The notes under the pieces: generated by a model | What the model was told of the DNA's origin: nothing | What the model saw: the letters and a program-made list of their open reading frames with translations, nothing else | Database searches by the model: none | Position numbers and translations under genes: made by a program | Part shown: one piece after another, positions 46,636 to 55,665 of the stretch | Layout: every line of letters begins with the position of its first letter | How positions within the stretch are numbered: the stretch's first letter is position 1 | From: an uncultured Hyphomicrobiales bacterium | GTDB lineage: Bacteria > Pseudomonadota > Alphaproteobacteria > Rhizobiales > Xanthobacteraceae | Assembly (NCBI GenBank): GCA_964459765.1 | Contig: CAYWNY010000003.1 | Location: forward strand, 12,861-76,860 | Direction of reading: 5' to 3' | DNA: 64,000 nt

Positions 46636-47609
46636 TCAACGCGACGTCGCTACCTGCAAGTTGTCCAGTCGCATATGCTGCTCGTCGCTCAATCCCTGTT
46701 GCAGCCCCGCCAACGCTACCTCGATAGCCTCGACCGCGCGCCAACTAGCGTCGAGGCGGCTCGTGATCGCATCGAGACGCGCTAAAGCCGTGGCCGGTAT
46801 CGCACCGGCGCAGTATCCATCAAATTCGCGCGCAGCGCGTTGGAAGGCATCCTGAACGGTCGCGAACGCCGCTTGCTGAGCTTCGGTGGGCTGCACCGCT
46901 CGCGAGAGCTGTGCAAGCGGCTCGTTCACCAGCTCGGCGCTCAGCTTGCAGTCCGCTGCCGCCTTGGACGTGGCGGCGCCCGGCGCCGGTCCATCAAGCT
47001 GCGCGCGTTGTTTGCTGTCCAAGGAGTCGGCAAACTCCTGCAGGGTTGGGCGCACCAAGCCGAGCGCCATGATGGTTGCGTCGATCTCGCGATCCATGAG
47101 CTGTAAGCGCTCGACCGGATGCGCCGGTATTTTGTCCGGACACGACTTGATCAGAAGTCCGTTCGCTTGCCCAAGCGCGGTCCCCAGCTTTTGCAGCGCC
47201 GGACTTTGAGCGGCGGTAGGCATCGTCTCGCGCGCGATGCGCGCGACAGTTTCCTCCGTCGCGATACGATCCAGGCACAGGTTTGATGTCCGTTCGTCGG
47301 GCGCGTGTTTGCCGAAGGCTTGGTCCAAAATGTCTTGGTACCCAAACGGCCATGGCGCGGACGCCTTCGGCCGAAAGATATTGTCATAAAGCGAAGGCAG
47401 GGCCAGTACGGGGTAAAGCAACGTCGGCGCACGGTTCTCTGTTGTCAGCGATGGCTCCGATGGCGCGCTGCGCCCGCCGCGGAAACCGGGTACCGGCAAA
47501 GAAAAATGCAATGGCCCAAAGTTTAAGCCGAGTGCGCTTGCCCTAGGTGGGGCGCGAGGGCGGCAAGCACTAGCGCAACGACGCCTATGCGGGCGGTGAC
47601 AGGTAGCAT
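46636..47609 (-). pseudogene. Periplasmic LTXXQ-motif (Spy/CpxP-like) protein, one frameshift after the signal peptide
   Basis: The ATG at 47609 gives MLPVTARIGVVALVLAALAPHLGQAHSA, then a stop at 47523-47525. The body with repeated xxxxQ motifs (LDSKQ, PTEAQ, LSDEQ) continues in another frame (track ORF 46636..47643). The length is 3n-1. An exact EcfG promoter lies about 40 nt upstream of the signal-peptide ATG. Confidence 0.65.
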
Positions 47610-47646
47610 GGTTCGGCCACTCTAGATCGAGCGGACTCCCCATAAA

Positions 47647-47671
47647 AACGCACCCGCCAGACTAAGGTTCC
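47647..47671 (-). promoter_or_regulatory. EcfG-type general-stress promoter (minus strand) GGAAC-N16-CGTT
   Basis: The plus strand reads AACG (47647-47650), then CACCCGCCAGACTAAG, then GTTCC (47667-47671). Confidence 0.7.
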
Positions 47672-47728
47672 GGGCGCCGCAATAAAACAACGTGCCCGCC
47701 GCAAGGCAGCCGAAGTACGTTCCGACAA

Positions 47729-49216
47729 TTACGCCGCTGAAGCCGGGTCAAGCGGACGGAAACCTGTTGCTTGCGCGGGCCGCATTTCGGCAGCCGCCGG
47801 TATTGCTATTGAGCGGGCTTCATCTCCCCGCAAGGCGGCCAAAAACTCCTGTTGCCATCGATTCACATCATAATCGGAAATCACGGCAAGCAGCGCCCGA
47901 TGGCGGCTTTGCCGTTCATCGAGCGACATCGCAAGCGCCCGCGCCATCGCGCCGGCGACCGACTCGGCATCATACGGGTTGACCAGTAATGCCTGTCGCA
48001 TCGCCGTCGCGGCGCCGGCGAAACGCGACAGAATGAGTACGCCTGGGTCGTCGGGATCCTGTGCGGCGACATACTCTTTCGCGACGAGGTTCATGCCGTC
48101 GCGCAGCGGCGTCACCAGGCCAACGCGAGCGGTGCGGTAGAGCCCGGCCAGCGCGGAGCGGCTGTAGACACGATTGATGTAGCGGATCGGTGTCCACGAT
48201 ACTTCGCCGTATTTGCCGTTGATGCGCCCGGCGGCCGAACCGGCATCCAATTCCAGTTCGGCATATTCGGGAATCTCCGATCGGTTCTTTGGAGTGATCT
48301 GCAGATAGGTGACCTTGCCGACCCAGTCAGGATGGTTGGCCAGGAACAGATCGAAGGCCTCAAAGCGCTGGATGAGGCCTTTGGAATAATCGAGACGGTC
48401 AACGCCGATCATCAGGGACCGATCGCCGAGGCTGGCAACAAGCTCCTGCACCAGCGGCGACCGCACGTTGCGCCGGGCCAGCCGCGCGAATGTGCGCGGC
48501 TCGATGCCGACGGGGAATGTCCCGATTTGTGTCTGCTTGCCGTTCAGTCGCAAGGTGATCTGGCCGCCGGCGGTTTCGAACACACGCGCCTGCTGCGCGT
48601 CACACTCGGACAACAAGTAGCGGACGAAATTTTCGGAATCGCTGTTCGTCTGGAAACCAACAACGTCGTAATCCAAAAGCAGCGGAATGAGATGGTCGTG
48701 GTTCGGCAGCGAGGTCAAAATCTCGGGCGCCGCCAAAGGCGTATGCAGGAAGAAACCGATACGATTGCAGTGGCCCCGCCGTCGTAACGCAGCGGCGAGC
48801 GGGATCATGTGGTAATCGTGCACCCAGATGATGTCATCTTCCAGAATAACCTTCTCAAGTTCGCTCGCGAAATGCTCGTTGACTCGGAAATAGCCGCTGA
48901 GATCGCGGCGCGCGAACTCGGCAAGATCGAGCCGATAATGCAGGATCGGCCACAGCACGCGATTGGCAAAGCCGTTGTAATATTCCTGATAGTCGTCCTT
49001 CATGAGATCGGTGACGACGTACTCCACATTCTTGTAAGTGACGGATCGCGTCTCTAGTTGGTCGGCGGCCGCCGCCACCTTGCCGCTCCAGCCAAGCCAG
49101 ACGCCGCCGTTGCGCTGCAAGGTCGGGCGCAACGCCACTTCGAGCCCGCCGGCGCGTTTGGAACCGTCGCCGGCCGGAACTGAAACGCGATTGGAGACAA
49201 CGACTAGTCGTGCCAA
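47729..49216 (-). CDS. otsA: Alpha,alpha-trehalose-phosphate synthase OtsA
   Basis: The GT20 family sequence runs LVVVSNRVSVP...GGLEVAL...WVHDYHMIPLA...YRTARVGLVTPLRDGMNLVAKEY. The proposed TTG start at 49216 overlaps the GH15 stop by 13 nt. The track ORF extends to 49429 inside the upstream gene. Confidence 0.9.
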   Translation of the reverse strand: MARLVVVSNRVSVPAGDGSKRAGGLEVALRPTLQRNGGVWLGWSGKVAAAADQLETRSVTYKNVEYVVTDLMKDDYQEYYNGFANRVLWPILHYRLDLAEFARRDLSGYFRVNEHFASELEKVILEDDIIWVHDYHMIPLAAALRRRGHCNRIGFFLHTPLAAPEILTSLPNHDHLIPLLLDYDVVGFQTNSDSENFVRYLLSECDAQQARVFETAGGQITLRLNGKQTQIGTFPVGIEPRTFARLARRNVRSPLVQELVASLGDRSLMIGVDRLDYSKGLIQRFEAFDLFLANHPDWVGKVTYLQITPKNRSEIPEYAELELDAGSAAGRINGKYGEVSWTPIRYINRVYSRSALAGLYRTARVGLVTPLRDGMNLVAKEYVAAQDPDDPGVLILSRFAGAATAMRQALLVNPYDAESVAGAMARALAMSLDERQSRHRALLAVISDYDVNRWQQEFLAALRGDEARSIAIPAAAEMRPAQATGFRPLDPASAA

Positions 49217-51003
49217 TGCCGATCCTCCCAACTTCGCGATAGCCGCATCGCCGTCAAGATCAGGCCGGCCATCGAGTAAGTTTGCGGAAAATTGCCGCAC
49301 AGTTCGCCGGTTTGGGGGTCCACATCTTCCGAAAGCAATCCGTAGCGATTGCGATACCGCAGCGCGTCGTCGAACATTTCGATCGCCTCTTCGCGCCGGC
49401 CGAGCTTCCACCAAACATCGATCAGCCAAAACCTGCAGATCAGAAAGGCAGCCTCCGGCTCGCCAAAGTCATCCTTGGCCACGTAACGCATAACGTGCTT
49501 GCCGCGTAAAAGTTCACCTTCGATTGCTTCGACGGTGCGGACAAAGCGCGGATCGTCCACATCCACCAGGCCGATTTCAGGCAACAACAGAACGCTGGCG
49601 TCGAGATCGTCGGACCCGATCGCCGCGGTAAAAGCGCCGCGTGTCTCGCTCCAAGTCTGCTCGAGCAATCGGGCCTGCATGGCGTTGGCGACGCTCTTCC
49701 ACTCGGCGGCGCGCTCTTTCAGACCGAGGTGCCTGGCGATCGCTGCCAGCCGGCTGCATGCCGCCCAGCACATCGCAGCCGAATGCGTATGCACGCGCAT
49801 GCGGCCGCGATACTCCCAGATGCCAGCGTCCGGCTCGAACGCCAACCGTTTGGCGATCTCACCGAGATGCTCAAGGAGCTGAAACAGGCCGGCGTCGCCC
49901 GGCCGCGGCAGACGGCGATCGAAGAACATCGGCATCGCGGCTAGAATGATGCTGCCGTAAGTGTCGTGCTGGTGCATATCAGCGGCCGCGTTGCCGACAC
50001 GCACCGGACCGTCGCCGCGATATCCTTTGAGCTTTAGAGCGATCTCTTCGTTCATGTCGTCCGTCGGGACGATAGAATACACCGGACGCACCGGATCTTC
50101 GGTGGCGATGCCAAGGATGAAGGAGATGAAGTCTTCCATCGTCTGCGTGGCGCCGAGTCTATTAAGCGCCTTGACGACAAAATACGCGTCACGCAGCCAA
50201 CAAAAGCGATAGTCCCAGGTGCGCCCGGAGCGCGGAGATTCTGGAATCGAGGTCGTGTGCGCGGCTATAACCGCGCCGGTTTCCTCGAAGTTGCTAAGCT
50301 TGAGCGTGATTGCCGCGCGGATGATAACGTCCTGCCAATCGTAGGCGATCGACAGGCGGCGCACCCATTCGGTCCAGTAATTGCGCGTGCGGTCGGCGAA
50401 TTCCCGGCAGGTCGTCGCCAGATCGGCAGGGAAAGGCTCGTCGGGCCCGATCACCAGATAAACCGGCCGCGTGAGCACGAATGGCGCCTCGCGGTCGATG
50501 TAGGACAATGGCGCGTCAGTGGTCAGACGGACGACGAGATTAGGGCCGCGGAAGGTAACGTGATTACTGCCAATCGACTTGGATCGAATTGGCACCCCGT
50601 AACGATTCGTCGGTCGAAAGCGTATCGTTATTCGTGGCGTTCCAGCGACCGGCTCGATGATGCGAACCAGCTGCGGCGGACGGAATACGCGATCGTAGAT
50701 GCGAAAGCGCGGCGCGAAGTCGGTGATTTTGACGGCGGCTGATTTGCCGTCGACGAGCGTCGTCGAAACGACCGCGGTATTGCGCTCATAATCGGACGAA
50801 AAGTCGACCATGCCGTCCAATACGACGTCGCAGAATCCTTTTTCTTCGTCGCCTGCCAGCAGGCGGGAAAAAACCGGATCGTTGTCGAAGCGCTGAAAAC
50901 ACCACCAGACGATTCGCGAAGACGGCTCCAGCAGAGCTGCGGTGCGCCCGTTACCAATGAGAGCGAGATCGAGCCCGAAATCGTTCTTGGCTTGATGCTT
51001 CAT
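49204..51003 (-). CDS. Glycoside hydrolase family 15 protein (glucoamylase/trehalase-like)
   Basis: 599 aa. The N-terminal beta-sandwich (LIGNGRTAALLEPSSRIVWWCFQRFD) and the (alpha/alpha)6 catalytic domain (WDYRFCWLRDA, GIWEYRG) fit GH15. It is embedded between otsB and otsA with 4-nt and 13-nt overlaps. Confidence 0.88.
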   Translation of the reverse strand: MKHQAKNDFGLDLALIGNGRTAALLEPSSRIVWWCFQRFDNDPVFSRLLAGDEEKGFCDVVLDGMVDFSSDYERNTAVVSTTLVDGKSAAVKITDFAPRFRIYDRVFRPPQLVRIIEPVAGTPRITIRFRPTNRYGVPIRSKSIGSNHVTFRGPNLVVRLTTDAPLSYIDREAPFVLTRPVYLVIGPDEPFPADLATTCREFADRTRNYWTEWVRRLSIAYDWQDVIIRAAITLKLSNFEETGAVIAAHTTSIPESPRSGRTWDYRFCWLRDAYFVVKALNRLGATQTMEDFISFILGIATEDPVRPVYSIVPTDDMNEEIALKLKGYRGDGPVRVGNAAADMHQHDTYGSIILAAMPMFFDRRLPRPGDAGLFQLLEHLGEIAKRLAFEPDAGIWEYRGRMRVHTHSAAMCWAACSRLAAIARHLGLKERAAEWKSVANAMQARLLEQTWSETRGAFTAAIGSDDLDASVLLLPEIGLVDVDDPRFVRTVEAIEGELLRGKHVMRYVAKDDFGEPEAAFLICRFWLIDVWWKLGRREEAIEMFDDALRYRNRYGLLSEDVDPQTGELCGNFPQTYSMAGLILTAMRLSRSWEDRHWHD

Positions 51004-51716
51004 TCATCTGCATCCAGCGCGGCCAGCCATTCGCGGACCTCGGCCGGAGAACCGAACATGCCGGTGGCGCCCGTCATGAACCGTTCCACCGAATAGCCGA
51101 TGCCGCCATAGGCCGGTAATTCCGCAAACACCGTCTCGTCGGTGACGTCGTCGCCGATGAAAATCGGCTTGCGACTAGCGAAAGGCGGATTCGTCATCAA
51201 CTCGCGGACGGCGGTGCCCTTGGAAAAGCGCCTCGACTTGATCTCGATCACCGCTTTGCCCTCCATAAGCTCGAGATCTTCAGTTTGACTGACGATCGTG
51301 GCGATTTTGGACTTGAGCGGCTTCTCCATTTCCGGCGCCAGCCGATAGTGAATCGCCAGCGACGCGCCTTTGTTCTCGACGAATATCCGTGGATCGGCAG
51401 ACGCCACCGCGGCCACTTGTCGGCGACAGTCTTGCCCGATCAGTTCGGCATGGCGCGAACGCGTGCGTCCGTTGCCGGCGAACCGAATTTGAGCTCCATG
51501 ACCGCCGATCGCGGGAAGCCTCAGCGGCGCAAACAGGCGGTCGACATTCGCGATGACGCGTCCGCTTACGAAAGCGACGGCGCCGCCGCTCTTGACGTAC
51601 AATCGTTCAAGCGAGCTAAGCAGCGAGTCCGGCACAACCACGCTTCTCGGGGTGGCCGCCGTGTCCAATATTGTGCCGTCGACATCCAGCAATAATGCGA
51701 TCGATGAAAGGTCCAT
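51000..51716 (-). CDS. otsB: Trehalose-6-phosphate phosphatase OtsB
   Basis: The ATG at 51716 gives MDLSSIALLLDVDGTILD (HAD motif I DxDGT). Later HAD motifs include GDDVTDE. It overlaps the GH15 start by 4 nt. Confidence 0.88.
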   Translation of the reverse strand: MDLSSIALLLDVDGTILDTAATPRSVVVPDSLLSSLERLYVKSGGAVAFVSGRVIANVDRLFAPLRLPAIGGHGAQIRFAGNGRTRSRHAELIGQDCRRQVAAVASADPRIFVENKGASLAIHYRLAPEMEKPLKSKIATIVSQTEDLELMEGKAVIEIKSRRFSKGTAVRELMTNPPFASRKPIFIGDDVTDETVFAELPAYGGIGYSVERFMTGATGMFGSPAEVREWLAALDADE

Positions 51717-51824
51717 CGATTGCGGCGGCGGGAATACATCAGGCGGCGGCGCATGACGACAACTTTGTTGGGGCAAATTTCGTCACCGTGGGGCCGTGGT
51801 GGAGGGTCTAGCGACCAACACCTC

Positions 51825-51849
51825 AACGCGCCGCCACCGGAAAAGTTCC
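51825..51849 (-). promoter_or_regulatory. EcfG-type promoter of the otsB-GH15-otsA operon (minus strand) GGAAC-N16-CGTT
   Basis: The plus strand reads AACG (51825-51828), then CGCCGCCACCGGAAAA, then GTTCC (51845-51849). It lies about 110 nt upstream of the otsB ATG at 51716. Confidence 0.7.
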
Positions 51850-51894
51850 ACGCAAGTTCCGAGGGCGCAGCTCGCACCACGTCGCGCCCGCCGA

Positions 51895-52269
51895 TTAACT
51901 CGCAGCGAAGGCAACCGTGGAGAGAAGCGCGAGCTCGGCGCGGCGGGAATCGAGCCTCGTATGCTGCACGACAATGGGCATGTCCGATTCGAATACCGAG
52001 GCATAATCGGTATCGCGAGGCATCGGCTGCGGGTCGGTCAGATCGTTGAACCGCAGATGCAAGGTTCGGCGCGCCGCGACCGTCACAAGATACGGTCCCA
52101 CCGGCTCGCGGTCCGCGAAATAGATTGTGATCACGACTTTGGCGTCGCGGTCGCCAGCATTGAGGATGCACGCGGTCTCGTGCGACTCCAACGCGCGATC
52201 CGCATGTTTGCTTTCAGAGGGAATGTAACCCTCCGCGATCGCCCAGCGCGTTCGTCCGATGGCAGCCAT
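51895..52269 (-). CDS. Sensory-rhodopsin-transducer-like protein (ASRT family)
   Basis: 124 aa. GRTRWAIAEGYIP...SHETACILNAGDRDAKVVITIYFADREPVGPY...RRTLHLRFNDL...PIVVQHTRLDSRRAELALLST closely follows the Anabaena ASRT sequence pattern as I recall it. Confidence 0.8.
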   Translation of the reverse strand: MAAIGRTRWAIAEGYIPSESKHADRALESHETACILNAGDRDAKVVITIYFADREPVGPYLVTVAARRTLHLRFNDLTDPQPMPRDTDYASVFESDMPIVVQHTRLDSRRAELALLSTVAFAAS

Positions 52270-52294
52270 TGGCAGGATTTAGCCTTCCGAGCCA

Positions 52295-52319
52295 AACGCG
52301 CCACGGGCGGTGCGGTTCC
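52295..52319 (-). promoter_or_regulatory. EcfG-type promoter of the ASRT-like gene (minus strand) GGAAC-N16-CGTT
   Basis: The plus strand reads AACG (52295-52298), then CGCCACGGGCGGTGCG, then GTTCC (52315-52319). It lies about 26 nt upstream of ATG 52269. Confidence 0.7.
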
Positions 52320-52334
52320 CTTAATTGCATTTGC

Positions 52335-52360
52335 GGAACTTTTGCTCGCGCTCACGCGTC
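52335..52360 (+). promoter_or_regulatory. Near-canonical EcfG-type promoter GGAAC-N17-CGTC
   Basis: GGAAC (52335-52339), N17, then CGTC (52357-52360). It sits back-to-back with the ASRT promoter and faces the debranching-enzyme-like gene about 200 nt away. Confidence 0.35.
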
Positions 52361-52562
52361 ACTCTTTCACGGAGCCATCGGTGGCGCGGCGGGGTGCTCG
52401 CGCGCGAGCAACGATAGACGTTGAGGGGTAACAGCACATGGCCGCAATCGGAAACGCCGGTGAGGCAAACGATCCGTCCGGTGCCGCGGCACCGACCACC
52501 TCGGCCACGATCGAGGGCGCCCGAAAGTCGTGATCGAATTTCCGCAACATTGATCCGGCAGC

Positions 52563-54784
52563 ATGGCGGCGATGAAAGTTCCGGCCAAACGCAGTGTTAT
52601 TCCGCACAAGGCGGGAGCGGGTGCCGTTGCGGACCGCCTTTCAGCACCCTCGCCGGAAGCGGCATTTGCCGTAACTGCGTCGCAGTCGACCCCAACTCCG
52701 TTCGCGCTCAAGTGCGGCGATACGTTTGCGGTTTTGGACGGCCGCGGCGATATGCCGGGCTTGCTCGGCGGTTCAGCCGGCCTTTTTCATTGCGACACGC
52801 GCTACCTGTCTCGTTTCGTCCTGTTGATAAACGATACGGCGCCGCTGCTGCTCGGCTCCAACTTACGCGATGACAACTCGGCGCTCGTCGTCGATTTGAC
52901 GAATCCCGATTTTGTCTCCGGGCCGCAGATAGCAATGGAGAAGGATACCGTCCACATCTTGCGCACCTTTTTTTTGTGGCGCGATATCGCCTACCAGCGG
53001 CTTGCTCTGCGCAATTACGGCGATCGACGCATCGACTTGCGGCTTTCGCTGCTTTTTGAAAGCGATTTTGCCGATTTGTTCGAGGTGCGCGGCTCGCGGC
53101 GCGAGCGGCGCGGCCGCGTTACGGCAGAGCTTCGCGGCCGCGATCAGGTGGTGCTTGCTTATGATGGTCTCGACTTAAGGCTGCGGCAGACAATGCTCAC
53201 CTTCGATCCGTTGCCGCAATGGATCACCGCCGGCGGCGCGGCCTACGACCTCCAGCTCAGTCCCGGTGAAATGCGACCTATTTTCGTTGCCGTGAGTTGC
53301 GATTCCAACGAAGAGCGACCGCCGACGTTTGCCCGCGGTCTGATCGCGGCGCGCCGGGACATGCGAGCCTCAACGCGCGGCATGACGTCGGTCGAGACTT
53401 TCAACGATTAACGAAATGCTGTGCCGAGCGACGGCCGATCTGATGATACTGCTGACCGACACGCCGCAGGGCCGCATCCTTACGCAGGAATCCCCTGGTA
53501 TTCGACGACCTTTGGCCGCGACGGCCTTATCACGGCGCTGCAGATGCTGTGGTGGTCAGCCGACGTAGCGCGGGGCGTGCTTCGTCGTCTTGCCGCCTAT
53601 CAAGCCCAAACAACCGATCCGTTTGCCGACGCCGAACGCGGAAAAATACTGCACGAAATGCGCGGCGGCGAAATGGCGGCGCTGGGCGAAGTGCCATTCG
53701 GACTATACTACGGCAGCGTCGACGCCACGCCGCTGTTTGTTCTTCTTGCGGGTCTGTATGCCGCACCGGCGACATGGCGACCGTGACCGCGTTGTGGCCC
53801 GCGATCGTGGCGGCCCTCAATTGGATCGACGGCGCCGGCGACGCCGATGGCGATGGCTTCGTCGAGTACCGCCGCGCCGGCGATCTCGGCCTCGCCAATC
53901 AAGGCTGGAAGGACTCGCACGATGCAATCTTCCACGCCGACGGACGCTTGGCGCAGGGCGCCATCGCGCTCGCCGAAGTGCAAGGCTACGTCTACGCCGC
54001 CAAACGCGTGATCGCGCGCTGCGCGCGGCGGCTCGGACAAAGCGAGGCGGCTGCTAAGCTTGAAACCGACGCCGCCAAACTCGCGGAACGGTTCGAGGCG
54101 GCGCTCTGGTGCCCCGAAATCGATACCTATGCGCTAGCGCTGGACGGGGCCAAGGAGCCGTGCCGCGTTCGCAGCTCGAACGCCGGACAGGTCTTATTCA
54201 CCGGGATAGCCGGCGCCGAGCGCGCCGGCCTGGTCACTGAAGGCTTGCTGCAGCCGCGCTTTTTTTCCGGCTGGGGAATCCGCACCATCGCCAAAGGCGA
54301 GTCGCGTTATAATCCGATGTCTTACCATGACGGATCGATTTGGCCGCATGACAACGCGCTCATCGCGCTGGGACTTGCGCGTTTCAATCACAAGCGATCG
54401 CTCGACAAACTCATCGGCGGACTGTTCGACGCTGCAACTTATATGGAGCTGCGGCGGCTGCCCGAGTTGTTCTGCGGATTTGAGCGCAAGCGCGGCCATG
54501 GCCCAACGCTCTATCCCGTCGCCTGCTCTCCCCAGGCCTGGGCCAGTGCGAGGCCTTTTACGCCGATCGAAGCCGCGCTCGGGCTGCAATTCGATCCGTT
54601 CGGCGGCGCGATCAAGCTGTTGAATCCGCGGCTGCCGCAGTTTCTTGATGAGGTGATCTTGCGGCAACTCCGCCTCGGCTCTTCGCGCGTCGATCTGAGA
54701 ATTAGACGCCACGATGAAACCGTGTCGCTCGACATCCTTCGCAACACCGGAAATGCCATGGTCTCAATCGTGCACTCGTCATGA
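52563..54784 (+). pseudogene. Amylo-alpha-1,6-glucosidase / glycogen-debranching-enzyme-like protein (GDE_N_bis + GDE_C), three frameshifts
   Basis: The N-terminal domain is in ORF 52563..53411. The conserved blocks [21 protein letters not shown] (frame +1), [16 protein letters not shown]...[11 protein letters not shown] (ORF 53421..53786) and [15 protein letters not shown]...WKDSHDAI...YHDGSIWPHDN (ORF 53549..54784) lie in different frames. The breaks are near 53409, 53470 and 53762. Confidence 0.8.
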
Positions 54785-54834
54785 ATTGAAAGAAGCCCCG
54801 ACGCGGAGGTCGGGGCTTTTGCAGTTGCAGCGAG

Positions 54835-55443
54835 CTATTCGACCGGCTGGCCAGAGGGAACGACAAGCACAGCGACGTCACGCCGCCACACCGCGCCGTT
54901 ATCGAATTGAATCGTCATCCCATCCGGGGCATAAATGGCGCCCTCATTCCAACTCGCGACCCAAATGTGGCCCGGGCGGTCGATCCATGCGCGTGAGGAT
55001 TGGCCAAGTTCGTTCACGACGTTGAGGTCCCATCCATTTTGCGTGACGAATGCGGGTCCAAGGCCCACGGTGCAGCCGGCGACGCATTGAAATTGTCCGG
55101 AAACATTGAGGACCTGCCCGGGCGCGAGGGCGATAGCCGGCGCGGCCGGAGCAACGACTTGAACCTGTGGCGCCGGAATGGCGTCATAGAGTGGCCGCTC
55201 GTACGTTTTGGTAACGACCGTATTGGTCACGACACGGCGCCGGGCTGGTTCGCGCGCCACAACAGCGCCACGTGCGACGGGTCGTGCGGCTGGGCGCGTT
55301 GTCCGCGTGGTCGTGGTCGTTTGATCAGTCTGGACGACCGTCGGCGACGGTTGTTGCACGATAACTGTCTCCTGGGCATTCGCAATCGACGGCCCTGCCA
55401 AAAAGGCACAGCCTAGCGCGACAGAACTGGCGAAGATTCTCAT
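54835..55443 (-). CDS. Hypothetical secreted protein
   Basis: The ATG at 55443 gives MRIFASSVALGCAFLAGPSIANA (signal peptide). A Thr/Pro/Val-rich linker and a Cys-containing C-terminal domain follow. I cannot assign a family. Confidence 0.6.
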   Translation of the reverse strand: MRIFASSVALGCAFLAGPSIANAQETVIVQQPSPTVVQTDQTTTTTRTTRPAARPVARGAVVAREPARRRVVTNTVVTKTYERPLYDAIPAPQVQVVAPAAPAIALAPGQVLNVSGQFQCVAGCTVGLGPAFVTQNGWDLNVVNELGQSSRAWIDRPGHIWVASWNEGAIYAPDGMTIQFDNGAVWRRDVAVLVVPSGQPVE

Positions 55444-55665
55444 TGTGTCCTCCATCCGCTTTGGACCCCGCCTTCAAGGTCCTGGCGGTTCACGCGAGTT
55501 CCTTCTTTTCGTTTCATCACGACCTCGTGTGTTGGGCGAACGATCCGATTTATCGGATTTTTGCTTTGCCTGCGCGTGTCGGTCCCGCGCCGCCAACACA
55601 AAACGAAGGAACTCGATGCAGCGCCGCCGCTTTATCCCGGTTAAGGCCATTGCACCAAGAGGCGG

